Shown: piece after piece, positions 28,499 to 37,336 of the stretch
Position numbering within the stretch: position 1 is the stretch's first letter
Layout of the letters: each line of letters begins with the position of its first letter
Source of the DNA: an uncultured Methylomirabilota bacterium
GTDB taxonomy: Bacteria > Methylomirabilota > Methylomirabilia > Methylomirabilales > 2-02-FULL-66-22
NCBI GenBank assembly: GCA_963705305.1
Contig: OY970067.1
Span: 2,784,001 to 2,848,000, forward strand
DNA: 64,000 nt
Direction: 5' to 3'
The notes under the pieces: model-generated
Database searches by the model: none
Told to the model about the DNA's origin: nothing
Seen by the model: only the letters and a program-made list of their open reading frames with translations
Made by a program: the position numbers and the translations under genes

Positions 28499-28831
28499 TC
28501 AGTACGCCGTGACCAGAATCAAGCGGAAGTTTTCCTGTTCAATGCAGACGACCACGTGAAGTTCCGAGCCTTCCACGTCCGTCCCCGCGACCTCGTAGGT
28601 GTAGGTTCGGTAACCAGCCTTCCACTGGCCTGGGCGATTGACAGTTCCGTGCTCTAGGACATGGTTCACGTCCCCCATGTCCGCGTTGGCCTTGCCGAGT
28701 TCGCGTCCAAAGTGTTCGGTCCTGCTGAAGGTGCCGCCTTCGAGGAAGATGTGTCGTATGATTTCGGTTGCGTGCGCGGGAGTCAAGGGCGGGGGATGGT
28801 CCCCCGGGTGCCCCTTTGACCGGTTCATCAT
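28499..28831 (-). CDS. DUF4258-like putative RNase toxin
   Basis: TEHFGREL, DVNHVLEHG, YEVAG and C-terminal LVTAY; directly upstream of the MqsA-like gene. Confidence 0.75.
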   Translation of the reverse strand: MMNRSKGHPGDHPPPLTPAHATEIIRHIFLEGGTFSRTEHFGRELGKANADMGDVNHVLEHGTVNRPGQWKAGYRTYTYEVAGTDVEGSELHVVVCIEQENFRLILVTAY

Positions 28832-28978
28832 GACAGGCCTTATGTAACATTTCCGCACATCCCAGGTCAAGGAAAAAGAGCAGGACCCCGGGCGCACGGC
28901 GGGCAGCCGAACCCAAGGCCTCGGGAGGGCCTTTTCCTGTCGCGAACGGTAGGCCGGGGAGTGGCGGTCGCGCTAGGA

Positions 28979-29317
28979 TTACTCGGGCGCAAATCCTGCC
29001 TGCTGCATGCAGGCGCGGTACAGGTCATTTTCTGTCGATTGCCGGGCGATTTCAGTGAATACAGATAACCCAGCAGCCGCCCCCACAAGCGGCACGCTAC
29101 CGGCTTGGCCCGCTGATTGTTCTGCAGCGGCATTTCCGCGTTCGGTTGAGAGGTACTGCTGATTCGCGCTCGCCTCGGCCCAGATATGACACCGATTGTT
29201 TTCGATCACCCATGCCGAACTGCGGGACGGACCTGCGGCGCAGGAGACCAAGAGGGTTGCTAGGGTTATGTCTTGACATATCACGATGTACCACCGGATG
29301 CTGCGCCTTGGCTCCAT
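28979..29317 (-). CDS. Putative lipoprotein
   Basis: LLVSC lipobox-like motif, GAAAG segment, C-terminal YRACMQQAG. Confidence 0.6.
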   Translation of the reverse strand: MEPRRSIRWYIVICQDITLATLLVSCAAGPSRSSAWVIENNRCHIWAEASANQQYLSTERGNAAAEQSAGQAGSVPLVGAAAGLSVFTEIARQSTENDLYRACMQQAGFAPE

Positions 29318-29402
29318 GGTATCCTCCGATCCAATAATAGCCTTCACCCGCTCTCGCGGGGACGCGCACTGCACGACGCGTCCCTTGGTGGACGCATGAA
29401 GG

Positions 29403-29816
29403 CTATCGGCACGTGGTGTTGCCGAGCGGATCTGAACTGCACCGCAGGATGTTCCCATGGTTGTCGCGGTAGGTGCGATTCCCCAACGGATCGGTGGACT
29501 CGTGAATGGTGTTGCCGCGCTCGTCTCGATAGGTTTCGTTCCCCAAGGGGTCGCGGGAGCCCCGCCACGTACTACCCTGGTCATTGCGATACGTTCGATT
29601 CCCCAACGGATCGGTGGACTCGCGCGTCGTATTGCCCCTATCATCCCGCCATGTCTCGTTTCCGAGGGGGTCGCGGGAGCCCCGGATGGTGTTGCCGTGG
29701 CTGTCCCGACAGGTGGTGTTTCCGAGTGGATCGGTAGAGCAGCGAACTTGTGCTGCAGCCGGCACTGACAGAAGCGTGAGTACGAAAAGAATTATGACCC
29801 ACAGTCCCGGTTTCAT
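29403..29816 (-). CDS. Secreted repeat protein (DPLGN repeats)
   Basis: Signal peptide plus six S-x-DPLGN units at a 20-aa (60-bp) period. Confidence 0.8.
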   Translation of the reverse strand: MKPGLWVIILFVLTLLSVPAAAQVRCSTDPLGNTTCRDSHGNTIRGSRDPLGNETWRDDRGNTTRESTDPLGNRTYRNDQGSTWRGSRDPLGNETYRDERGNTIHESTDPLGNRTYRDNHGNILRCSSDPLGNTTCR

Positions 29817-30000
29817 ATGAACCCCCTTTTCTGAGAAGGTCCAGCCCAGTCCGTTCCCGCGCGCACGGCGGATGCCTTCACGCTTCCGCCCCTCGCCTCT
29901 CTCTCCTCACCCAATCCACCCGACTCCCCCTCCGTCACGGGTCTTGTGGGCCCTCGTGTATAACATAGCGCAACCCCCGTGCAGACGCCAGGCCTCTTCG

Positions 30001-30330
30001 CTACTTGCTCTCCGGCGTAAGCGGTGGATCTGTCAGGCTCACGCCCCCGCCCCGCTTGGCCCGCTTCCGCCCCGCATCCCGCCGTTTGAATCGCCCCTTG
30101 TAGGCCTTCGCGCGCCCCCGCCACCAGTCCCGGGGAGCCTGCTGGACGGTGTACCACAGCCCGTCCCGCGTGACCTGCTCGACACTCAGTCGGTAGGCCC
30201 CCGCGATACCATGAAGCTGCCGGTACAGTTCCGGTTCGACCAGCGCCTTGACGTGGCGCCATCCCGCGGCCTGGCGCGCCCGCCGGGACTTCGGCTCTCC
30301 GCTCATGGTGTTCTCTGCCGTCACGCCCAA
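30001..30330 (-). CDS. Small basic protein, possibly RHH-like
   Basis: AAGGAGG RBS; RHVKALVEPELYRQLHGIA...SVEQVTRDGL. Confidence 0.55.
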   Translation of the reverse strand: MGVTAENTMSGEPKSRRARQAAGWRHVKALVEPELYRQLHGIAGAYRLSVEQVTRDGLWYTVQQAPRDWWRGRAKAYKGRFKRRDAGRKRAKRGGGVSLTDPPLTPESK

Positions 30331-30694
30331 ACCTCCTTGTGTGAGTTAGCGATTCGCCTACGTCCATGCCCGGCTCAGAATGCCCTCTTTTCTCCCTGTA
30401 GGATCAGCGTAGAGCCGGGAATTTTCGACGATCTCCCCTGACCCGCTACCTCCCTAGCCGTCCGGGGGGGGTGACCCTGGAAATTTTGTGTGGGTGGCGG
30501 ACCAAAGGGGGGTCCGCGTATGCGCTGTTTCGGCCTTTTGCCCTCATAGAAAATCCGCCTTGCTCCCGGATGCCCCCCGCGCCTCCGGCGGCCCTCGCCG
30601 ATTCCGGTTGCGCGGGGGTTGCGTCCTGTGCTATGAAATGCCGTCCTTTGCAATCCCAGCCCCGTAAGTTCTCGTTGCCAGACCCACCCTTTTT

Positions 30695-30709
30695 TTGGAT
30701 TGCAATTTC
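30695..30709 (+). repeat. att core, right copy
   Basis: Identical to 19410-19424. Confidence 0.85.
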
Positions 30710-30728
30710 CACATAGCCTGCGTATAGT
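30700..30728 (+). promoter_or_regulatory. Putative secD promoter TTGCAA-N17-TATAGT
   Basis: Near-consensus sigma70 boxes ~100 nt upstream of secD; the -35 lies within the att core. Confidence 0.65.
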
Positions 30729-30831
30729 ACCCCGGCGGTTCAACGACGCCGATCATCGGTCGCGGGCTAGGCGATGGGGCACCTTGGCCCCGCTCCCTTA
30801 GCCCGTGCGTCATTTCCTGGGAGGTCTTCCG

Positions 30832-32433
30832 GTGCGCAAACGGATCCGGGGTCGGATACTCCTGCTCCTCTTTACGACCCTTCTCGGGGTATATTATCTC
30901 CTCCCCAGCATCGCTCCGGTCGGCAGTCTGCCCTCCCTGTTTCCCGGCCTCCTCCCCCGGTCGGAGAAGGTGAATCTGGGCCTGGACTTGCAGGGTGGGA
31001 TGTATCTTGTCTTGGAGGTCCAGACACAGGTGGCGGTCCAGAACGCCACGGAGCGGCAGATGGAGGAGGTCCGGCGAGATCTGGAAAAGGCGCAGATCGG
31101 AATCGCCAGCCTCACGCGGGAGGGCGCGACGGGCATCCTCCTGAAAGTGGGGAAGGCGGAGGAGCGGGACAAGGCCCTGCAGGCCCTGGACGACTTGACG
31201 ACCATGGACAAGGTCCCCGGGGCGACACCAGCGGAGCTGCACCTGACCATGCAGCCGCGGGAGGCCAAGCGGATCGAGGATCTGGCGGTGCGCCAGAGCC
31301 TGGAGACGATTCGCAACCGCGTGGACCAGTTCGGCGTGACCGAGCCCATCATCGTTCCAGAGGGGGACCGCCGCATCGTGGTCCAGCTGCCCGGGATCAA
31401 GGACCCGCAGCGGGCCATCAATCTGATCGGGAAGACCGCCCTGCTGGAGTTGAAACTGGTGAACAACTCCGTCAATCCTGCGGATGTAGAGCAGGGCAAG
31501 GCGACGCTGCCGCCGGACTGCGAGCTCCTCTACGAGCGGGTGTTGAACGAAAGCAAGCAGGTAATCGGCCGGCGCCCCCTGGTGGTGTTCAAGAAGCCCA
31601 TTCTCACCGGATCGTCCCTGACCTCGGCCGAGGTCCGGCCGAACGACCAGGGTGGCTGGGTGGTGGCTTTCGAACTGGACCGTGAGGGCGCACGAATCTT
31701 CAGCGACTTCACCGGCGCCAACATCGGCCAGGAGTTGGCGATTGTTCTGGACAACACGGTGTACAGCGCGCCCGTGATCCGCTCCAAGATTTCCGAAGGG
31801 CGCGGCCAGATCGAGGGCGACTTCACGGCGGATAGCGCCCGGGACCTGGCCATCGTCCTGCGGGCCGGTGCCCTCCCTGCTCCCGTGCAGGTCATCGCCA
31901 ACCTCACGGTGGGGCCAACCCTGGGGCAGGACTCGATCCGGGCGGGTGTGCGTGCCGCCATCATGGCTGGTATCCTGGTCATCCTGCTGATGGGGTTCTA
32001 TTATCGGATGTCCGGGGTAATCGCGGACTTTGCCCTGATCCTGAACCTCTTCATGCTGGTAGGGGTCCTGGCGGCGATTCGGGCCACCCTCACCCTGCCG
32101 GGCATTGCGGGTATCGCCCTGGGGATCGGAATGGCGGTGGACAGCAACGTCCTCATCCTCGAGCGGATCCGGGAGGAGTTGAAGCTCGGGAAGACGGTGC
32201 GCTCATCCATCGACGGGGGGTACGAGAAAGCCTTCGTGACGATTGTGGACTCCCACGTCACCACCCTGATCACAGCCGTCGCCCTCTTCCTCTTCGGGAC
32301 CGGGCCCATCAAGGGGTTCGCCGTCACCCTGAGCCTGGGCGTGGCCATCAACCTCTATTCCGCTCTGGTGGGGACGCGGGTTGTCTACGACTGGATGATC
32401 TCCCGGTGGGATTTGAAGCGATTGAGCATCTGA
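30832..32433 (+). CDS. secD: Protein translocase subunit SecD
   Basis: LGLDLQGG, RNRVDQFGVTEP and GMAVDSNVLILERIREE motifs. Confidence 0.96.
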   Translation: MRKRIRGRILLLLFTTLLGVYYLLPSIAPVGSLPSLFPGLLPRSEKVNLGLDLQGGMYLVLEVQTQVAVQNATERQMEEVRRDLEKAQIGIASLTREGATGILLKVGKAEERDKALQALDDLTTMDKVPGATPAELHLTMQPREAKRIEDLAVRQSLETIRNRVDQFGVTEPIIVPEGDRRIVVQLPGIKDPQRAINLIGKTALLELKLVNNSVNPADVEQGKATLPPDCELLYERVLNESKQVIGRRPLVVFKKPILTGSSLTSAEVRPNDQGGWVVAFELDREGARIFSDFTGANIGQELAIVLDNTVYSAPVIRSKISEGRGQIEGDFTADSARDLAIVLRAGALPAPVQVIANLTVGPTLGQDSIRAGVRAAIMAGILVILLMGFYYRMSGVIADFALILNLFMLVGVLAAIRATLTLPGIAGIALGIGMAVDSNVLILERIREELKLGKTVRSSIDGGYEKAFVTIVDSHVTTLITAVALFLFGTGPIKGFAVTLSLGVAINLYSALVGTRVVYDWMISRWDLKRLSI

Positions 32434-32536
32434 GCCGTGCAACCATGGGCCGTTGGACCCGGAAGGCTCCGTGCGGGAGGGATTGCTGGCCTCGCGGGGT
32501 GAGCTGCTCCGGACCCACGAAGGGAATGGGCTGACC

Positions 32537-33454
32537 TTGGAGATTCTCAGGAAGACTCATATCGATTTCATTGGCAAGCGGCATGTGGCGTATATCGTGT
32601 CCACCTGTTTGGTGCTCCTGGGGATCCTGGCCCTGGTCCAGATCTACCGCGGCGTGGCCAACATGGGCATCGACTTCGCTGGGGGAGCGGCGGTTCAGGT
32701 CAAGTTCGATAGGCCGGTGGATCTGGGGGCGGTCCGCCAGGCATTGAGCCAAGGCGGGTTCAAGCAGAGCGAGCCGCAAGAGTTCGCGGACGGGCGCACC
32801 GTGATCATCCGGCAGAAGGGGGGCGCCCAAGAGGTGACCGGAACGGCAGCGAAGGTCGAAGAGAGCCTCCGCAAGGGCTTGCCATCCAACCCCTTCATCG
32901 TCGAGTCGTCCACCGAGATCGGACCGGCCATCGGAATGGAGTTGCAGAAGAAGGCGTTGCTGGCTGTCTTCATCTCCCTGGTCGGGATCGTTGTCTACAT
33001 CGCCTGGCGGTTCGAGTTCCGATTTGGCGTGGCGGCGACCATCGCCACCTTCCACGATGTGCTGGTCGTCCTGGGGGTCGTCTTCGTCCTGCAGAAGGAA
33101 ATCACCCTGCTCATCGTGACCGCCCTGCTCACCATCGCCGGGTATTCCCTCACGGACACCGTGGTGGTCTACGACCGGATTCGCGAAAACCTGCGCGCCA
33201 GGCGGCGGGAGCCGTTGGGCGACGTCATGAACAACAGCATCAACCAGGTGCTCAGCCGAACGGTCATGACATCGCTCACCACCCTCCTGGCGACGCTCGC
33301 GCTGTTTGTCCTGGGAGGGGAAGTGCTCCACGACTTCGCCTTTGCTCTCCTCATCGGCATTGTGGTGGGGACCTATTCCTCCGTGTTCGTCGCCTCGCCG
33401 CTGATCTACGAATGGCGGACGCGGAGCGAGGCGGCACGGCGGCGTCAACGCTGA
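32537..33454 (+). CDS. secF: Protein translocase subunit SecF (probable TTG start)
   Basis: GIDFAGG, FHDV and GYSLTDTVVVYDRIRE motifs. Confidence 0.95.
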   Translation: MEILRKTHIDFIGKRHVAYIVSTCLVLLGILALVQIYRGVANMGIDFAGGAAVQVKFDRPVDLGAVRQALSQGGFKQSEPQEFADGRTVIIRQKGGAQEVTGTAAKVEESLRKGLPSNPFIVESSTEIGPAIGMELQKKALLAVFISLVGIVVYIAWRFEFRFGVAATIATFHDVLVVLGVVFVLQKEITLLIVTALLTIAGYSLTDTVVVYDRIRENLRARRREPLGDVMNNSINQVLSRTVMTSLTTLLATLALFVLGGEVLHDFAFALLIGIVVGTYSSVFVASPLIYEWRTRSEAARRRQR

Positions 33455-33471
33455 GCCCGGTCCACCGCCCC

Positions 33472-35226
33472 ATGTCGCATCCGCGGATCGGGCAGCGCTG
33501 GCAGGTGGCGGAGTCCCGCTCTGACGACGCCTGCACTCTCAGCCGCGCGCTGGGCCTTCCCGTATTCCTGGCCGACTTGCTGATCCGCCGCGGCTGCTCC
33601 ACGCCGGAAGCGGTCCGCCTTTTCCTGGAATCCCCCTTGACAGCCCTGCATGACCCCTGGCAGATGTCCGGGATGCCAGCGGCCGTGGGCCGCCTGCAGG
33701 CGGCCGTGGCGGACCGGGAGCCGATCCTCGTGTGCGGGGATTTCGATGTGGACGGGATCAGCGGCATCGTCCTCCTGGTGGAGGGGCTCCGGCATGCGGG
33801 GGCGGAGGTGGACTACGCGGTGCCGCGACGCCTGGAGCACGGCTACGGCCTGCCGGCCGACATCGTGCGGGACGCCGCGATGCGAGGATTCCGCCTCCTG
33901 GTGACGGTGGATCACGGCATCACCGCCCACGCGTCGGTGGCGCTGGCGCGGGAGCGGGGGCTGGACGTCATCGTCTGCGACCACCATCTTCCTCCCCCCG
34001 AGTTGCCCCCGGCGCTGGCAATCCTGAACCCCCGCCAAGCCGGCTGCGGCTATCCGTTCAAAGATCTGTGCGGGGTGGGGATTGCCTTCAAGCTGCTGCA
34101 GGCGTTGTTCGGACCGGGCGCCCTGGAGGAGCTCTGGCCTCTCTTGGACCTGGTTGCCCTGGGGACGATCGCCGATCTGGTTCCCCTGTTGGGGGAGAAT
34201 CGGATCTTTGCCAAGCACGGATTGGAATGGCTGGCCCGCTCGATCCGGGGCGGCCGCCCGGGGTTGGCGGCATTGGCGCAGGTCGCGGGGATCCCATCGG
34301 AAGGCCTGGGGACGGGTCACGTGGGCTTCGGCCTGGCGCCGCGCCTCAACGCCGCCGGCCGGCTGGACGATGCCTCGGCGGCGGTTCGCCTCCTGCTCGC
34401 CCAGGACGCCGGGGAGGCGCGGGAGCTGGCGGTCCGGCTCGACCGGCAGAACCGGGACCGGCAAGAACTGGAGGGGGTGATCCTGGAAGACGCCCTGGCC
34501 CGCCTCGCGGCGGATCACGATGTCCGCCAGGACAGGGCCATCGTCCTGGCCTCCTCGAATTGGCATCCCGGCGTGCTCGGAATCGTGGCGTCGCGTCTGG
34601 TAGAACGCTTCGGCCGCCCCACGGCGTTGATCAGCGTCCAGGGACAGTGGGCCCGAGGTTCGGCGCGCTCCGCCGGGGGGTGGCATGTCGCCGAGGCCCT
34701 CGGGCGCTGCCAGGACCTGCTGGTACACTACGGGGGGCACCGTGCGGCGGGCGGCTTCACCCTGGCGGCCGAGCAGATCCCGGCATTCCGCGACCGCTTC
34801 CTGTCCCTGGCCGCCGCCGAGCTTGCGGAGGAAGATCTCCTCCCCACGATGGCTGTGGATGCCGAGGTTGCCCTTCATCAAGTGGACTTGGCGATGGTCG
34901 AGGCCCTCTCCCGCCTGGCGCCCCACGGGGTGGGCAATCCCGAGCCGATACTGGTGGCTCGCCGGCTGCAGGTCATGCGTTCGGTCCGCCGAGTGGGGCG
35001 AAATCACCTCAAGATTCGCGTGCGCCAGCCGGCAACCGGAGAGCAGGTCGTCGAGGCCATCGGCTTCAACTTTGGCGGCCTCGCCGAGCGATTGGAGGCT
35101 CCTGTCAGCCCGTACGTGGACGCGGCCTTCGTTCCCGAGCGTAACGTTTGGAACGGGCGCGAGATGCTCCAACTGCGGCTGAAAGACCTTCATTTACACG
35201 GGGCGTCCGCCGGCTCGGATGCCTGA
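33472..35226 (+). CDS. recJ: ssDNA-specific exonuclease RecJ
   Basis: GDFDVDG, DHH, GTIAD, PRLNAAGR and GGHRAAGG motifs. Confidence 0.95.
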   Translation: MSHPRIGQRWQVAESRSDDACTLSRALGLPVFLADLLIRRGCSTPEAVRLFLESPLTALHDPWQMSGMPAAVGRLQAAVADREPILVCGDFDVDGISGIVLLVEGLRHAGAEVDYAVPRRLEHGYGLPADIVRDAAMRGFRLLVTVDHGITAHASVALARERGLDVIVCDHHLPPPELPPALAILNPRQAGCGYPFKDLCGVGIAFKLLQALFGPGALEELWPLLDLVALGTIADLVPLLGENRIFAKHGLEWLARSIRGGRPGLAALAQVAGIPSEGLGTGHVGFGLAPRLNAAGRLDDASAAVRLLLAQDAGEARELAVRLDRQNRDRQELEGVILEDALARLAADHDVRQDRAIVLASSNWHPGVLGIVASRLVERFGRPTALISVQGQWARGSARSAGGWHVAEALGRCQDLLVHYGGHRAAGGFTLAAEQIPAFRDRFLSLAAAELAEEDLLPTMAVDAEVALHQVDLAMVEALSRLAPHGVGNPEPILVARRLQVMRSVRRVGRNHLKIRVRQPATGEQVVEAIGFNFGGLAERLEAPVSPYVDAAFVPERNVWNGREMLQLRLKDLHLHGASAGSDA

Positions 35227-35522
35227 GAACCCTCCCCGGATCTTCCTGCGCTTTCCCACCTCGAATGCCGACCGGCTTCGGATTAAGGGTGGCCGGCCCT
35301 GGAATTCCACCATGGATGAAAAACTGGCACGTTAATGCCACATTCATGCTGCCACTCTGTCAGAATTCATTGTTGAATTTAAAATGGCGGCTGCGTGCGG
35401 TCGGATGACAAAGTGATTTCTACTTGACAAAAGCTGATACAATCGTGTACTTACGAAACCAATTGCATCTTAAGGCTTAAGATCACTGATTCATCGATAA
35501 GTGAACATGGTAGAAAGTCCTG

Positions 35523-36155
35523 ATGGGCATGGAGTTGGGCGAATTGACAAAACAGGCTGCGATCCAGAAAATGTTCGAGGACAGTGCCGCGGTGAAGCTG
35601 CGCTTCGCACAGGAGTATGCCCCGAGCATCGAGCACCTTGCTCATGGAATTGCGGATAGTCTGCGGGCCGGGGGGAAGGTGCTTTTCTTCGGCAACGGGG
35701 GCAGCGCCGCCGATTCACAGCATCTGGCGGCGGAGTTTGTGAACCGGTTCCTTCGGGACCGGCAGGCACTTCCCGCCATCGCGCTGAGCACGGACACCTC
35801 GGCGCTCACCAGCATCGGGAACGATCTGGGGTTCGACCAGGTCTTCTCCAGGCAGGTGGAAGCCCTGGCCAGACCGGGAGATATTGTGATCGGAATCAGC
35901 ACCAGCGGCAACTCTCCCAACGTCTTGCGGGCGATTCAGGCGGCGCGCGCGCTGGGCTGCACGACGGTTGCCTTCACCGGAGGATCCGGGGGGACCCTAG
36001 CCGCAGCCGCGGCCGTGGCCTTTATCGTTCCTAGTTCTGAGACGCCCCGGATCCAGGAGACGCACATCACCCTGGGGCATGCCCTATGCGCTTTGGTGGA
36101 GGATCTGCTCGTAGAGGGCGGCGGTGCTGGACGGCTGGCCGGGGGTGGGAGGTGA
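35523..36155 (+). CDS. gmhA: Phosphoheptose isomerase
   Basis: GNGGSAADSQH, STSGNS and RIQETH motifs. Confidence 0.93.
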   Translation: MGMELGELTKQAAIQKMFEDSAAVKLRFAQEYAPSIEHLAHGIADSLRAGGKVLFFGNGGSAADSQHLAAEFVNRFLRDRQALPAIALSTDTSALTSIGNDLGFDQVFSRQVEALARPGDIVIGISTSGNSPNVLRAIQAARALGCTTVAFTGGSGGTLAAAAAVAFIVPSSETPRIQETHITLGHALCALVEDLLVEGGGAGRLAGGGR

Positions 36156-36270
36156 TCCGGCGCGAAAAGTGCATTTCAGTGCGGCGGGGCCACGCGAGAC
36201 GGGTGCCCCGCCGGGTCTCTCAGGTGTTTATGTGCGATCGGGGCAACCGCGCAAAATGGAGGATGGGGGC

Positions 36271-37308
36271 GTGAAGCGGCACGTCGTCTCGCGGGTGTTG
36301 GTGTTGGGGTTTCTGGTCCTGGGCCTGGTTGGTTCCGTTCCGGCGGCTCCGAGTCGGCCCGGCTTCGTCCGCCACCATGTGCACCACCGGGGGGCTGCAG
36401 TGCACCGGGGACACTCGTCCGTCGTTCCGCCGGCGACGGAGTCCCTGGAGCTTCCGCAGCTGAGCCCCCACTTCGAGTCGTCTCCCCCGGTTCCCGTCAC
36501 GGTGAAAGCCGCGGCGGCCGTCCTCATGGACGGCAATACCGGAAGCTTCCTGTTCTCCCGAAACCCGGATGAGCCCCGGCCGCCGGCCAGCATCACCAAG
36601 ATCTTGACCGCGCTGGTCATCCTGGAGCGCGGCCACCTAGCAGATACGGTGGTGGTGAGCCCGGCCGCCGCGGGGGTCGGCGGATTTCGGCTGGGACTTC
36701 GCCAGGGGCAGCGGATCTCGCTGGGGGATCTCCTGGCGGCGGTCTTGATCCGGTCCGCCAACGACGCCGCCGTGGCGGCGGCCGAGCACGTGGGGGGGAA
36801 CCTGGCCGGGTTCGTCGCGATGATGAACGCCAAGGCCAGGCAGATCGGCATGTTGCAGAGTCACTTCGCCAACCCGCACGGGCTGGACGAGCCCGGGCAT
36901 TACACCACGGCCCGCGACATGGCGCTTTTGACCCGGGTCGCGTTGGAGCAACCGGCCTTCGCCCGCCTGGTGCGCACGCGCGAATTCACGGTCACGATCT
37001 GGAAGCCCACCCGCCGCGGCCGGCTGATTGCCACCGGCCGGCTGATTCGCACCCACAATCGGCTTTTGGGACAGGTGGAGGGTGCGGACGGGGTGAAGAC
37101 CGGATACACCGACGCGGCCGGACGATGCCTGGTGGCCTCTGCCAGCCGTGCCGACCAGCGAATGATCGCCGTGCTCCTCAACGACCCACGCCGCTGGACC
37201 GATGCCGCGTCGCTCCTGGAGTACGGATTCGAGGCTGTCGGAACTGCCGCTGCCAACGCCCCCAGCCGCCATGTGCGCGCGATGCAAGTTGCGGGCGGGC
37301 ACAGCTGA
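36271..37308 (+). CDS. D-alanyl-D-alanine carboxypeptidase (S11)
   Basis: SxxK (SITK), SxN (SAN) and KTG motifs; signal peptide. Confidence 0.9.
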   Translation: MKRHVVSRVLVLGFLVLGLVGSVPAAPSRPGFVRHHVHHRGAAVHRGHSSVVPPATESLELPQLSPHFESSPPVPVTVKAAAAVLMDGNTGSFLFSRNPDEPRPPASITKILTALVILERGHLADTVVVSPAAAGVGGFRLGLRQGQRISLGDLLAAVLIRSANDAAVAAAEHVGGNLAGFVAMMNAKARQIGMLQSHFANPHGLDEPGHYTTARDMALLTRVALEQPAFARLVRTREFTVTIWKPTRRGRLIATGRLIRTHNRLLGQVEGADGVKTGYTDAAGRCLVASASRADQRMIAVLLNDPRRWTDAASLLEYGFEAVGTAAANAPSRHVRAMQVAGGHS

Positions 37309-37336
37309 GCCGACAAGGTCTTATGGAGGAACGTCG

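Larger units (their letters stand above)
19410..30709 (-). mobile_element. Integrated P4/PICI-like satellite or integrative element, ~11.3 kb
   Basis: 15-bp direct repeat TTGGATTGCAATTTC at both ends; integrase at one end; primase-helicase, Xis, TA; all native genes on the minus strand. Confidence 0.88.

Noticed and set aside
29410..29740. Regularly spaced repeats resembling a CRISPR array
   Set aside because: 60-bp in-frame coding repeats with related 'spacers' and no cas genes
35324..35340. Possible sigma54 promoter TGGCACGTTAATGC
   Set aside because: Spacing is GG-N9-GC, not the obligatory N10; kept only as a palindrome
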